In this document: positions 44,486-53,070 of the stretch, piece by piece
Layout: every line of letters starts with the position of its first letter
How positions within the stretch are numbered: the first letter of the stretch is position 1
Assembly: GCA_963773655.1 (NCBI GenBank)
Contig: CAVZBX010000006.1
Coordinates: 97,201 to 161,200, forward strand
Length of the DNA: 64,000 bases
Source: an uncultured Actinomycetota bacterium
GTDB taxonomy: Bacteria > Actinomycetota > Actinomycetes > Actinomycetales > Dermatophilaceae
Reading direction: 5' to 3'
Notes under the pieces: model-generated
Seen by the model: only the letters and a program-made list of their open reading frames with translations
What the model was told of the DNA's origin: nothing
The model's database searches: none
Made by a program: the position numbers and the translations under genes

Positions 44486-44725
44486 TCAGCCGCCCCAGCC
44501 GCCGGCGTTGCCTCCCGAGCCGCCCCGGTGGTGGAAGGTCGCGGACTGCTCGGCGCTCCACGGCGCCTCGGGGTGCGAGGAGTGGGCGTCGTGCGAGCCG
44601 GTGGTGGCGCCGCGGCGTCCGGCCCGGCGCACAAAGACCACGACGCCGGCCACGGCGAGCACCACGAGGAGGACGAGGACGACGAGTGCGAACGGTGTGG
44701 GCACGGGGCCCCCTCTCCCCGGCAC
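44486..44725 (-). CDS. Possible small single-pass membrane protein.
   Basis: TM helix FALVVLVLLVVLAVAGVVVFV followed by a His/Gly-rich tail ending GGSGGNAGGWGG. The start is uncertain. Confidence 0.35.
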   Translation of the reverse strand: MPGRGGPVPTPFALVVLVLLVVLAVAGVVVFVRRAGRRGATTGSHDAHSSHPEAPWSAEQSATFHHRGGSGGNAGGWGG

Positions 44726-44794
44726 CCTGCCGGGGCCGACCAGTGTCGCACCGTGGGCGAGCGGTGTCCACGGACCGCGCAGGGTCGGTCGGGG

Positions 44795-46159
44795 TCAGGC
44801 GATGACGCCCGGGTTGAGGATGCCCTGCGGGTCCAGGGCGGCCTTCACCCGCCGGGTGAGCTCCATGACGTCGGGGCCGAGCTGGTCGGGCAGGGCTGCC
44901 GCCTTGAGCCGGCCCACACCGTGCTCGCCGGTGATGGTGCCGCCGAGGGAGATGGCGGCGGCCATCACGGCATCGAAGGCGAGGGCACACCGCGCCACCG
45001 AGTCGGGGTCGGACCGGTCGACGATGATGATCGGATGGGTGTTGCCGTCGCCGGCGTGCGCGACGACGGGAATCTCCACGCCGTGCTCCTCGGCGACGGC
45101 GGCGATGGCCGCCAGCAGGTCCGGCAGCAGCGGTACCGGCACCCCGACATCCTCCGGCAGCACCGAGCCGCGGGCCTCGGCGGCGGGGAAGAAGAGCCGC
45201 CGCGCCTCGATGAACATCTCGCTCTCGTCGGGGTCGTCGGTGGCCGCCACCTCCTTGGCGCCGGCGAGCTCGCAGGCGGCCGTGATGGCGGCGAGCTCGG
45301 CCTCGCGCGCCGGCCCGGGTGCGTCGGTCTGGACGAGGAGCAGGGCGCCGGCGTCACGGTCCAGGCCCATCGGCCGGTGGTCCTCCACGATGTTGACCGC
45401 GGCCCGGTCCATGAGCTCGACCATCGAGGCGCGCACCGTGCGGCCGAGCTCGACGACGGCGGTGGCGGCCGCGGCGACGGTCGGGAAGGACGCCACGACG
45501 GTGGCGCGCGGCTGCTGCGCCGGCAGCAGGCGCAGCACGGCCCTGGTGACGATGCCGAGCGTCCCCTCCGAGCCGACGAACAGCTTGAGCAGCGACAGGC
45601 CGGCCACGTCCTTGATCCGCTTGCCGCCGAGCGTGACGAGGGTGCCGTCGGCGAGGACGACGTCCATCCCGAGCACGTAGTCGGTGGTCACGCCGTACTT
45701 GACGCAGCACAGCCCGCCGGCGTTCGTCGCGACGTTCCCGCCGATCGAGCAGATCTCGTACGAGCTCGGGTCGGGCGGGTACCAGAGCCCGTGCTCCTGC
45801 GCGGCCCGCTTGACCTCGACGTTGAGGGCGCCGGGCTCCACGACGGCCACCCGGGTGACGGGGTCGACCTCCACGGCCCGCATCCGCTCCAGGGAGAGCA
45901 CGACGCAGCCGTCGACCGCCATCGACCCCCCGGACAGCGAGGTCCCCGCCCCCCGCGGCACGATCCCCACCCGGTGGCGGGCCGCCCAGCGGACCGTCCG
46001 CTGCACCTGGTCCGCGCTCTCGGCCCGCACCGCGGCGACCGGCATCCCCACGCGGGGGTCGTGGGTCCAGTCGAAACGGTACTTGTCGAGGGCCTCCGGC
46101 GCCGTGACGACGACCCCCGCGGGCAGGGAGTCGACGAGCTCCTGAACGACGTCGTCCAT
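44795..46159 (-). CDS. FAD-binding oxidoreductase (GlcD / D-lactate dehydrogenase-like, FAD_binding_4 plus FAD-oxidase_C).
   Basis: VPRGAGTSLSGGS, EPGALNVEV, SIGGNVATNAGG and C-terminal ITGEHGVGRLK. ATG at 46159. Confidence 0.9.
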   Translation of the reverse strand: MDDVVQELVDSLPAGVVVTAPEALDKYRFDWTHDPRVGMPVAAVRAESADQVQRTVRWAARHRVGIVPRGAGTSLSGGSMAVDGCVVLSLERMRAVEVDPVTRVAVVEPGALNVEVKRAAQEHGLWYPPDPSSYEICSIGGNVATNAGGLCCVKYGVTTDYVLGMDVVLADGTLVTLGGKRIKDVAGLSLLKLFVGSEGTLGIVTRAVLRLLPAQQPRATVVASFPTVAAAATAVVELGRTVRASMVELMDRAAVNIVEDHRPMGLDRDAGALLLVQTDAPGPAREAELAAITAACELAGAKEVAATDDPDESEMFIEARRLFFPAAEARGSVLPEDVGVPVPLLPDLLAAIAAVAEEHGVEIPVVAHAGDGNTHPIIIVDRSDPDSVARCALAFDAVMAAAISLGGTITGEHGVGRLKAAALPDQLGPDVMELTRRVKAALDPQGILNPGVIA

Positions 46160-46261
46160 CTCCGCAGTGTCGCACCCGGCCCGGCCGCAACGCCCGGCCG
46201 CGCGGGTGCTCATCCGGTCGCCGGGGCAGCCGGCCGAGCACACGCGGCGGTTGGGGAGCGG

Positions 46262-47068
46262 TCAGAGACGACGGTCGCCGAGCACGGGGAAGGCGCGCCG
46301 GTACTCGGCGGTGGCGGCGAGGTCGACGTCCACGGAGAGCACCTCCTGCGAGTCACCGGAGGCCTCGGCGAGCACCTCCCCGGTGGCGGCGACGACCTGG
46401 CTGTGCCCACCCATCTCGAACCCGGCGTGGGTGCCGGCCGTGTTGCCCTGCACGACGACGCACTGGTTCTCGACCGCACGGGCCCGGCCGAGCAGCCGCC
46501 AGTGCTCCACCCGGGCGGCCGGCCACGCGGCGGGGACGACGAAGAGCTCGGCCCCGGCCTCCAGCAGCCGGCGGTACAGCTCGGGGAAGCGCAGGTCGTA
46601 GCAGGTCGACAGCCCGGCGCGGACGGTCGTGCCGTCACCGGCCGGGAGGTCGACGACGACGACCTCGGTGCCGGCCTCCATGAGCTTGGGCTCCCCGGAC
46701 CCGAACCCGAACCGGTGGACCTTGCGGTACACCGCGAGGCGCTCCCCCTCGGCCGACAGCAGCAGCGAGGTGTTGGCGAGGTCGTTGCCGTCGGGCCCCG
46801 GCTCGGGCAGCCGCTCCACGAAGGACCCCGCGTGCAGGGTGACCCCGGCCGACCGCGCGAGATCCGTCATCGCCGCCGCCCACGCACCGTCGAGCGGCTC
46901 GGCCCGCGCCTCCCACTTGGCGTAGTCGAACCCGGTGGGGGACCACAGCTCGGGCAGGACGACGAGGTCGTGGCCGGAGAGGCCGGCGACGAGCCCGGCG
47001 ACCCGGTCGAGCCGGGCCTCCGCGGGCTCGTCGTCCCCGTAGGCGAGCTGGACGACGGCGACGCGCAT
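46262..47068 (-). CDS. Carbon-nitrogen hydrolase family protein (nitrilase/omega-amidase-like).
   Basis: Catalytic Glu (VVLPELW), Lys (YRKVH) and Cys (LSTCYDLRFPE). Confidence 0.85.
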   Translation of the reverse strand: MRVAVVQLAYGDDEPAEARLDRVAGLVAGLSGHDLVVLPELWSPTGFDYAKWEARAEPLDGAWAAAMTDLARSAGVTLHAGSFVERLPEPGPDGNDLANTSLLLSAEGERLAVYRKVHRFGFGSGEPKLMEAGTEVVVVDLPAGDGTTVRAGLSTCYDLRFPELYRRLLEAGAELFVVPAAWPAARVEHWRLLGRARAVENQCVVVQGNTAGTHAGFEMGGHSQVVAATGEVLAEASGDSQEVLSVDVDLAATAEYRRAFPVLGDRRL

Positions 47069-47096
47069 CCCGCCATCCTCCCCCATCCGGGGTGGA

Positions 47097-49127
47097 TCAA
47101 CCCAGCCGCTCGGCCTCGTCGCGCAGCCGCGCGAGCCGCTCGTTGTACGCGCGCAGCTCGGCGTCGCCGTCGCGGTCGGCCTGGCGGTCCCGGCGGACGG
47201 TCTCGCGCTGCTCGCTGCGGTACCACTGGACCCCGACGACGACGGCGAGGACGAGCGTCGGCGCCTCGCCGATGCCCCAGGCGATCTCGCCGGCGGTGTG
47301 CTGGTCGGCGAGCGGGCTGGGCCCCCACGGGAGGTTGAGCCGGGTGAAGAAGTCGGCGGCGAGCAGCGACTCGCCGCCGGTGAGGGCGACCCCGAAGAAG
47401 GCGTGGAAGGAGATGGTCGCGAACAGGATGACGAGGAGCATCAGCGGCGACCAGCGCGGCGGCCCCGGGTCGACGCCGATGAGCACCCAGACGAACAGGT
47501 ACCCGGTGAGGAGGAAGTGCCCCATCATCAGCAGGTGCCCGGTGTGGGTGGTGAGGGCGAGCTCGAACAGCCCGGTCCAGTAGAACGCGGCGAGGCTGAA
47601 GAAGAAGAGGGCGGCGGCGACCACCGGGTTGGCGACCCACCGCATCGCCCGGGAGTGCACGACGTGGAGGATGAGCTCGCGCGGGCCCCAGGTGCGGTCC
47701 TTGCGGGCCGGCAGCGCCCGCAGGGCGAGCGTGAGCGGCGCGGCGGGCACGAGGAGCAGGGGCACGATCATCGCGACCGCCATGTGCATGACCATGTGCA
47801 TGCTGAAGAGCACCCGGCCCCAGATGCCGGGGGCGCTGCACGTGGCCCAGACGAAGAGCAGCCACCCGGCGACCCAGAGCACCGTGCGCCACCACGGCCA
47901 CGCGTCGCCCCGCCGGCGCAGCCGCACGACCCCTGCGACGTAGAGGGCCACGGCGAGCACGCTGACCGTGATGAAGAGCCAGTCGACCCGCCAGGCGGTG
48001 AACCAGTCGACGGCGGCGAGCGGGCCGGGGTCGGGGTAGCCGGTGAGCTCGAGGACGATTCCGGGGTCGGGCAGCGCGTCGGGCACCGGGGGCAGGCTGC
48101 GGGCGAGCACCGCGGAGAGACCGGTCGCCGCTCCCATGAGCGCGACCTCGGCGACCGCCAGCCGGGCGAAGGCCCGCCCGTCGCCGGGGTCGGACGTGAG
48201 CCGGGTGGCGATGTTGCGGCGGTGCAGCCAGCCCAGACCACCGAGCATCACCAGGGCCGCCGTCTTGAGGGAGACGATGAGGCCGTACGCGGTGAACAGC
48301 CCGTCGACCGAGCCGAGCCGGATCGCCGCCTGGAGGACGCCGGAGAGGGCGACGGCCGCGAAGGACCAGGTGGCGAGCACCGAGTAGCGCGAGACGGTGA
48401 CCCCCAGGTCGCGGCCGAGCCGGGGGCGCAGTGCGAGCAGGGCGAGGAGCCCGCCGACCCAGACGGTGACGCCGAGCAGGTGGAAGGCCAGGCCGTTGAC
48501 GGCGTCCTCGTGGCTGGCCGAGCCCGCCGCGTGGCCGGTGAGCGACTGGATGACCGTGCCGGTGAGGGTGAGCGCCGCGAGCCAGGCCATCGGGGCGCGG
48601 CGGGTGGTGAGGAAGGACGACACCGCCACGACGAGCGCGATGGCGGCGGTGACGAGGAGGACGCGGGTGGTCTCGAGCTCCCAGGCGAAGCTGAGGAACT
48701 GCTGCGCCAGCGTCGGGTCGGTGAGGGGGGTGCCGGCGAGGTCGGCGAAGGTGAGCAGCACCTCGAGCAGGCTCGCGAGGAGCCAGACGACCGCCGTGCC
48801 GCCGGCCCACCGCAGGGCCGTGGCCCGGCGGTCGGTGTGGGTGCGCTCGGGGGCGAGGAACGCGGCGAGGAGCAGCAGGCCGAAGGTGGCCGGCCCGGTG
48901 AGGTTGCCGAGCAGGTCGGCGACGGGCACGCCCCAGCGGACGAACGGGCCGGGGTCGGCGAGGAGCAGCGGGTCGGCCGCGCCGGTGAGGAGCGCGGCGG
49001 GGACGAGGGCGAGCAGCGCGGCCCCGACCGCCACCGCGAGGGGCCGCACGGGGCCGGAGTACTCGGGCCCGGCCGCGACGGACGCCTCGACGGGCCCGCC
49101 GCTCGTCGGTCGCGTCCGCAGGGCCAT
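47097..49127 (-). CDS. Bifunctional CopD-like copper resistance / cytochrome c oxidase assembly factor CtaG-like membrane protein.
   Basis: 676 aa with more than 14 TM helices. The N-half is CopD-like and the C-half is caa3-CtaG-like (SMHMVMHMAVAMIVPLLLV, HLLMMGHFLLTGYLFVW). Confidence 0.8.
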   Translation of the reverse strand: MALRTRPTSGGPVEASVAAGPEYSGPVRPLAVAVGAALLALVPAALLTGAADPLLLADPGPFVRWGVPVADLLGNLTGPATFGLLLLAAFLAPERTHTDRRATALRWAGGTAVVWLLASLLEVLLTFADLAGTPLTDPTLAQQFLSFAWELETTRVLLVTAAIALVVAVSSFLTTRRAPMAWLAALTLTGTVIQSLTGHAAGSASHEDAVNGLAFHLLGVTVWVGGLLALLALRPRLGRDLGVTVSRYSVLATWSFAAVALSGVLQAAIRLGSVDGLFTAYGLIVSLKTAALVMLGGLGWLHRRNIATRLTSDPGDGRAFARLAVAEVALMGAATGLSAVLARSLPPVPDALPDPGIVLELTGYPDPGPLAAVDWFTAWRVDWLFITVSVLAVALYVAGVVRLRRRGDAWPWWRTVLWVAGWLLFVWATCSAPGIWGRVLFSMHMVMHMAVAMIVPLLLVPAAPLTLALRALPARKDRTWGPRELILHVVHSRAMRWVANPVVAAALFFFSLAAFYWTGLFELALTTHTGHLLMMGHFLLTGYLFVWVLIGVDPGPPRWSPLMLLVILFATISFHAFFGVALTGGESLLAADFFTRLNLPWGPSPLADQHTAGEIAWGIGEAPTLVLAVVVGVQWYRSEQRETVRRDRQADRDGDAELRAYNERLARLRDEAERLG

Positions 49128-49153
49128 GGCACCAGCGTAGGTACTGTGGCGGC

Positions 49154-50002
49154 ATGCCGCTTCACCCCCCGGCCCCCACCGAGTTCCCGGAGGTCGTCGA
49201 CGCCTGGGCCCACGCCGTGCGCTCGGTGATCGACCTCGGCCGCACCCTCCGCCCCGACGACGCCGGCCGGCCCACCGACTGCCCGGGCTGGACCGTGTTC
49301 GACCAGGTGGCGCACGTCGCCAGCGTGGAGGCGATGGTCGCCGGTGACGCGGTGCCCGACGTCGACGTCAGCGGGCACGAGCACGTGCACCACGACTTCG
49401 CCGAGCGGATCGAGCGCTTCCTCGAGTCGCGGCGGGGCCGGGCGCTCGAGGACGTCCTCGACGAGCTCGAGTGGCGCCTCGACGAGCGGCTGGCCGTCTA
49501 CCGCGCCGACGACGTCGACCCGGATGCCGAGGTGATGGGTCCCTTCGGTCAGACCACGCTGGCCGGGCTCGTCGCCGTCCGCACCTTCGACGTGTGGATG
49601 CACGAGCAGGACATCCGCGAGGCGATCGGCCGCCCCGGTGGGCTCGACACCCCTGCAGCCGCGCTCAGCGTCGCCCGGTTCCTCGACGCCCTGCCGGTGC
49701 TCGTCGCGAAGCGGGCCGGGGTGCCGCCCGGCAACGCCGTGGTCCTCGACCTCACCGGCCCGGTCGTCGGGCGGGCCGGGGCCCGGGTCGAGGAGCAGGA
49801 GGGCAAGCCGCGCGGCATCCCGCTCTTCACGGGGGAGCCGGAGGAGCACCCGGACGTCGTGACGACGAGCCTGACGATGTCCACCGCCGTCGCGATGCGC
49901 CTGGCCGGAGGCCGCCGGGACCCCGCCGACCTCCCTGTCACCGTGAACGGCGACGAGGACGTCGCCCGCCGCGTGCTCGCCGCCCTGACGGTCACCCCCT
50001 GA
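49154..50002 (+). CDS. Maleylpyruvate isomerase family mycothiol-dependent enzyme (DinB-like N-domain).
   Basis: The N-terminal pattern W.HAVRSVIDLGRTL...PTDCPGWTVFDQVAHV is typical of the TIGR03083-type family. Confidence 0.75.
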   Translation: MPLHPPAPTEFPEVVDAWAHAVRSVIDLGRTLRPDDAGRPTDCPGWTVFDQVAHVASVEAMVAGDAVPDVDVSGHEHVHHDFAERIERFLESRRGRALEDVLDELEWRLDERLAVYRADDVDPDAEVMGPFGQTTLAGLVAVRTFDVWMHEQDIREAIGRPGGLDTPAAALSVARFLDALPVLVAKRAGVPPGNAVVLDLTGPVVGRAGARVEEQEGKPRGIPLFTGEPEEHPDVVTTSLTMSTAVAMRLAGGRRDPADLPVTVNGDEDVARRVLAALTVTP

Positions 50003-50007
50003 GCCCC

Positions 50008-50484
50008 ATGGCGCACTTCAGCACGGCCACGCGCACCCACGCCGTCGTCACCGCCTCGCAGGACGAGGTGTGGGCCGCGCTCACCGACCCCGACCTCGTC
50101 GCCCGGCTCACCCCGTTCCTCCGCACCGTCCGCGAGCGCGGGGAGCACTGGGTGTGGGAGCTGGCGCGGGTCCCGGTGCTCGGGACGTCGTTCTCGTTCA
50201 CCTTCACCGAGCGGATGACGTTCGACGAGCCGCACCACATCGAGTTCGCCCACGACCCCGAGGCGGGCCACGCCGAGGAGAACGCCGGCGTCGACGGCTG
50301 GTACCGCCTCAGCCCGGAGGAGGACGGCACCTGCCTCGAGACCTCGATGGCGATCTCGGTGGAGCTCCCGTTCCCCGGCCTCACCCGCCCCGCCGTGACG
50401 GCGGCGATGAAGGGGGTCGTCGCGCTCATGGGGCAGCGGTTCTCGCACAACCTGCTCGAGCACCTCGGCGCCCGCACCGCCTGA
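50008..50484 (+). CDS. SRPBCC (START/polyketide cyclase-like) family protein.
   Basis: 158 aa beginning MAHFSTATRTHAVVTASQDEVWAALTDPDLVARLTPFL, the typical SRPBCC N-terminus. Confidence 0.7.
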   Translation: MAHFSTATRTHAVVTASQDEVWAALTDPDLVARLTPFLRTVRERGEHWVWELARVPVLGTSFSFTFTERMTFDEPHHIEFAHDPEAGHAEENAGVDGWYRLSPEEDGTCLETSMAISVELPFPGLTRPAVTAAMKGVVALMGQRFSHNLLEHLGARTA

Positions 50485-50616
50485 CGGTCCTCCGCACCGC
50501 CTGACGGGTGCCCGGCCCCATCCCTCGGCGGTCCCGGCGGCGCGAACGACGTCCGGGCACCCGGCCGCGCGAGACGGTTCGACGCCGCGGAATGCGCCCG
50601 GGCTCCTGATAGTTGT

Positions 50617-51132
50617 ATGGTGCAACCAATCATTGCCCACGAGAGGAGGCGCCCGGTGCCGTTCCGTTCCGTCCCGTCGACCCCGACGGCCACGCTCGGC
50701 GACGAGCTCGTGCGCGTCACCAGGCTGCTGCACGTCGCCAAGGCACAGGCGCCGCGCCGCCACCCGCAGGTCGACCCGATGGCGTACCCGCTGCTGTTCA
50801 ACCTCAAGCGTCGCCCGATGCGGGTCTCGGCCCTGGCCGAGGCCGCGCACGTCGACGTCTCCACGGTGAGCCGGCAGGTGAGCACCCTGGTCGAGCTCGG
50901 GCTCGTCGAGCGGGGCCCCGACCCCGACGACGGCCGCGCCCAGGCCCTGTCGGTGACGGACGAGGGTGAGGCGCTCCTCGTCGCCATCCGCGACGGCCGT
51001 GACCGCTGGCTCCAGCAGCTCCTCACCGACTGGTCGGACGACGACGTCCGCCTGTTCTCCGACCACCTCGCCCGCTTCGCCTGCGACCTCGAGGCCTGGC
51101 TGGCGGACCCGACCCCGAGGACCACCGCATGA
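50617..51132 (+). CDS. MarR family transcriptional regulator.
   Basis: Winged HTH MRVSALAEAAHVDVSTVSRQVSTLVELGLVERGPDPDDGRAQALSVTDEG. The stop overlaps the MFS start (ATGA). Confidence 0.85.
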   Translation: MVQPIIAHERRRPVPFRSVPSTPTATLGDELVRVTRLLHVAKAQAPRRHPQVDPMAYPLLFNLKRRPMRVSALAEAAHVDVSTVSRQVSTLVELGLVERGPDPDDGRAQALSVTDEGEALLVAIRDGRDRWLQQLLTDWSDDDVRLFSDHLARFACDLEAWLADPTPRTTA

Positions 51133-52982
51133 CCGACCAGAAGACGGCCCTGACCGCGACCGCCGGCCCGGACGACGGACCGCTCACCCACCGACAGATC
51201 GTCACGATCCTCATCGGGCTGATGATGGGCATGTTCCTCGCCGCCCTCGACCAGACGATCGTGGCGACCTCGATCCGCACCATCGCCGACGACCTGCAGG
51301 GGCTGGACCAGCAGGCCTGGGCCACGACCGCCTACCTCATCACGGCGACGATCGTCACCCCGCTCTACGGCAAGCTCGGCGACATCTACGGGCGCAAGAA
51401 GCTCTTCATCTTCGCGATCTCGATCTTCATCGTCGGCTCGGCGCTGTGCTCGTTCGCGACGTCGATGTACTCGCTCGCCGCGTTCCGGGCGGTGCAGGGC
51501 CTCGGAGCCGGCGGCCTGATGTCGCTCGCGTTGGCGATCATCGGCGACATCGTGCCGCCGCGGGAGCGGGCCAAGTACCAGGGCTACTTCCTGGCCGTGT
51601 TCGGCACCTCGAGCGTCGCCGGCCCGGTCATCGGCGGCTTCTTCGCCGGCGCCGACACCATCTTCGGCATCACCGGCTGGCGCTGGGTCTTCCTCGTCAA
51701 CGTGCCGATCGGCATCGCCGCCCTCGTCGTCGTCTCGCGCACCCTCCACCTGCGCCACCAGCGCCTCGACCACCGGATCGACTGGCTCGGTGCGTTCCTG
51801 CTGTCGGCGTCGCTCGTGCCGCTGCTCATCGTGCTCGAGCAGGGCCGCGAGTGGGGGTGGACCTCCACCGCCGCGTGGGTGGCCTACGCCATCTCGGCGG
51901 TCGCCGCGCTGCTGTTCTTCCTCCAGGAGCGCCGCATCGGCGACGAGGCGATCCTGCCGCTGCGGATGTTCCGCAACAGGACGGTCGGCGTCTCCTCGGC
52001 GGCCTCGGTGGTGATCGGCGTCGCGATGTTCGGCGGGCTCGCCGCCCTGCCGCTGTACCTCCAGATCGTCAAGGGCTCCACGCCGACCGAGGCCGGGCTG
52101 CAGCTCATCCCGATGGTGGCCGGCATCATGGTCGGGTCGATCAGCTCGGGCCAGATCATCGCCCGCACGGGTCGCTACCGGATCTTCCCGGTCGTCGGGT
52201 CGGGGCTGCTCGTGCTCGGGCTGTTCGTCTTCCACTACGTCGGGTACGACACCCCGCTCTGGCAGACGATGCTCGTCATGGTCGTCTTCGGCCTGGGGCT
52301 CGGCTTCAACTTCCAGCCGCTGACCCTGGCCGTGCAGAACGCGGTGCCGCCGCAGCAGATCGGCGTCGCGACCTCGACGGCGACCTTCACGCGGCAGATG
52401 GGTGGCACCATCGGCACCGCCGTCTTCCTCTCGATCCTCTTCTCGACCGTGCCCGACAAGATCGCCGAGGCCTTCCGGGCGGTGGCCCCGACCGCCGAGT
52501 TCCAGGCGGGCGTGGCCGCCGGGCTCCAGGCACCGGCCGGCACCGTGGACAACACCGTCGCGACCGCCATCCAGCAGGCGGCCTCGAGCGGCGGGGTCAC
52601 GGCGGCCGGCGCCAGCGGCGTCCTGTCGGACTCCTCGTTCCTCACCGACCTCGACCCCCGGCTGGCCCAGCCGTTCCTCATCGGCTTCTCGGAGGCGATG
52701 GACCTGGTCTTCCTCGTCGGTGCCGCCGTCATGGTGGTCGGCTTCCTGATCATGCTGAGGCTGCCCCACGTCGAGCTGCGCTCCGGCTCGGCGTACAGCG
52801 AGCGCAACGCCGGGAGCGGCGACCCGGCGGGTGCCGCCGACGGCGCACCCGAGGCCGCCGTGACCGGCGCGCCCGAGGCCGCCGGCACGAGCACATCCGA
52901 GGCCGCGGTCACCAGCAGACCCGAGGCTGCGGTCACCAGCAGACCCGAGAGCGGCGTCACCGGGCGGCCCACGGCGGGATGA
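51129..52982 (+). CDS. MFS efflux transporter, DHA2 (EmrB/QacA) family.
   Basis: LDQTIVATSIRTIADDL, motif A GKLGDIYGRKKLF and 14 TM segments, followed by a low-complexity C-terminal tail. Confidence 0.9.
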   Translation: MTDQKTALTATAGPDDGPLTHRQIVTILIGLMMGMFLAALDQTIVATSIRTIADDLQGLDQQAWATTAYLITATIVTPLYGKLGDIYGRKKLFIFAISIFIVGSALCSFATSMYSLAAFRAVQGLGAGGLMSLALAIIGDIVPPRERAKYQGYFLAVFGTSSVAGPVIGGFFAGADTIFGITGWRWVFLVNVPIGIAALVVVSRTLHLRHQRLDHRIDWLGAFLLSASLVPLLIVLEQGREWGWTSTAAWVAYAISAVAALLFFLQERRIGDEAILPLRMFRNRTVGVSSAASVVIGVAMFGGLAALPLYLQIVKGSTPTEAGLQLIPMVAGIMVGSISSGQIIARTGRYRIFPVVGSGLLVLGLFVFHYVGYDTPLWQTMLVMVVFGLGLGFNFQPLTLAVQNAVPPQQIGVATSTATFTRQMGGTIGTAVFLSILFSTVPDKIAEAFRAVAPTAEFQAGVAAGLQAPAGTVDNTVATAIQQAASSGGVTAAGASGVLSDSSFLTDLDPRLAQPFLIGFSEAMDLVFLVGAAVMVVGFLIMLRLPHVELRSGSAYSERNAGSGDPAGAADGAPEAAVTGAPEAAGTSTSEAAVTSRPEAAVTSRPESGVTGRPTAG

Positions 52983-53070
52983 CCCTCCCCTCCTCGGAAC
53001 GTGGGTGGTGACCGTCGTCCGCGCGGCGGCGGTCATCACCCACGTTCGTGAGGGAGGCCGGGCCGGTCCC

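Noticed and set aside
43904-47338. 1144-aa plus-strand ORF. Similar giants occur at 46867..49155 (-), 47298..49229 (+), 49992..53231 (-) and 57553..60249 (+).
   Set aside because: All are Arg/Gly/Asp/Pro-rich shadows lying opposite or out of frame to genes with clear family motifs (FAD oxidase, C-N hydrolase, CopD/CtaG, MarR/MFS, bkd E1/E2).
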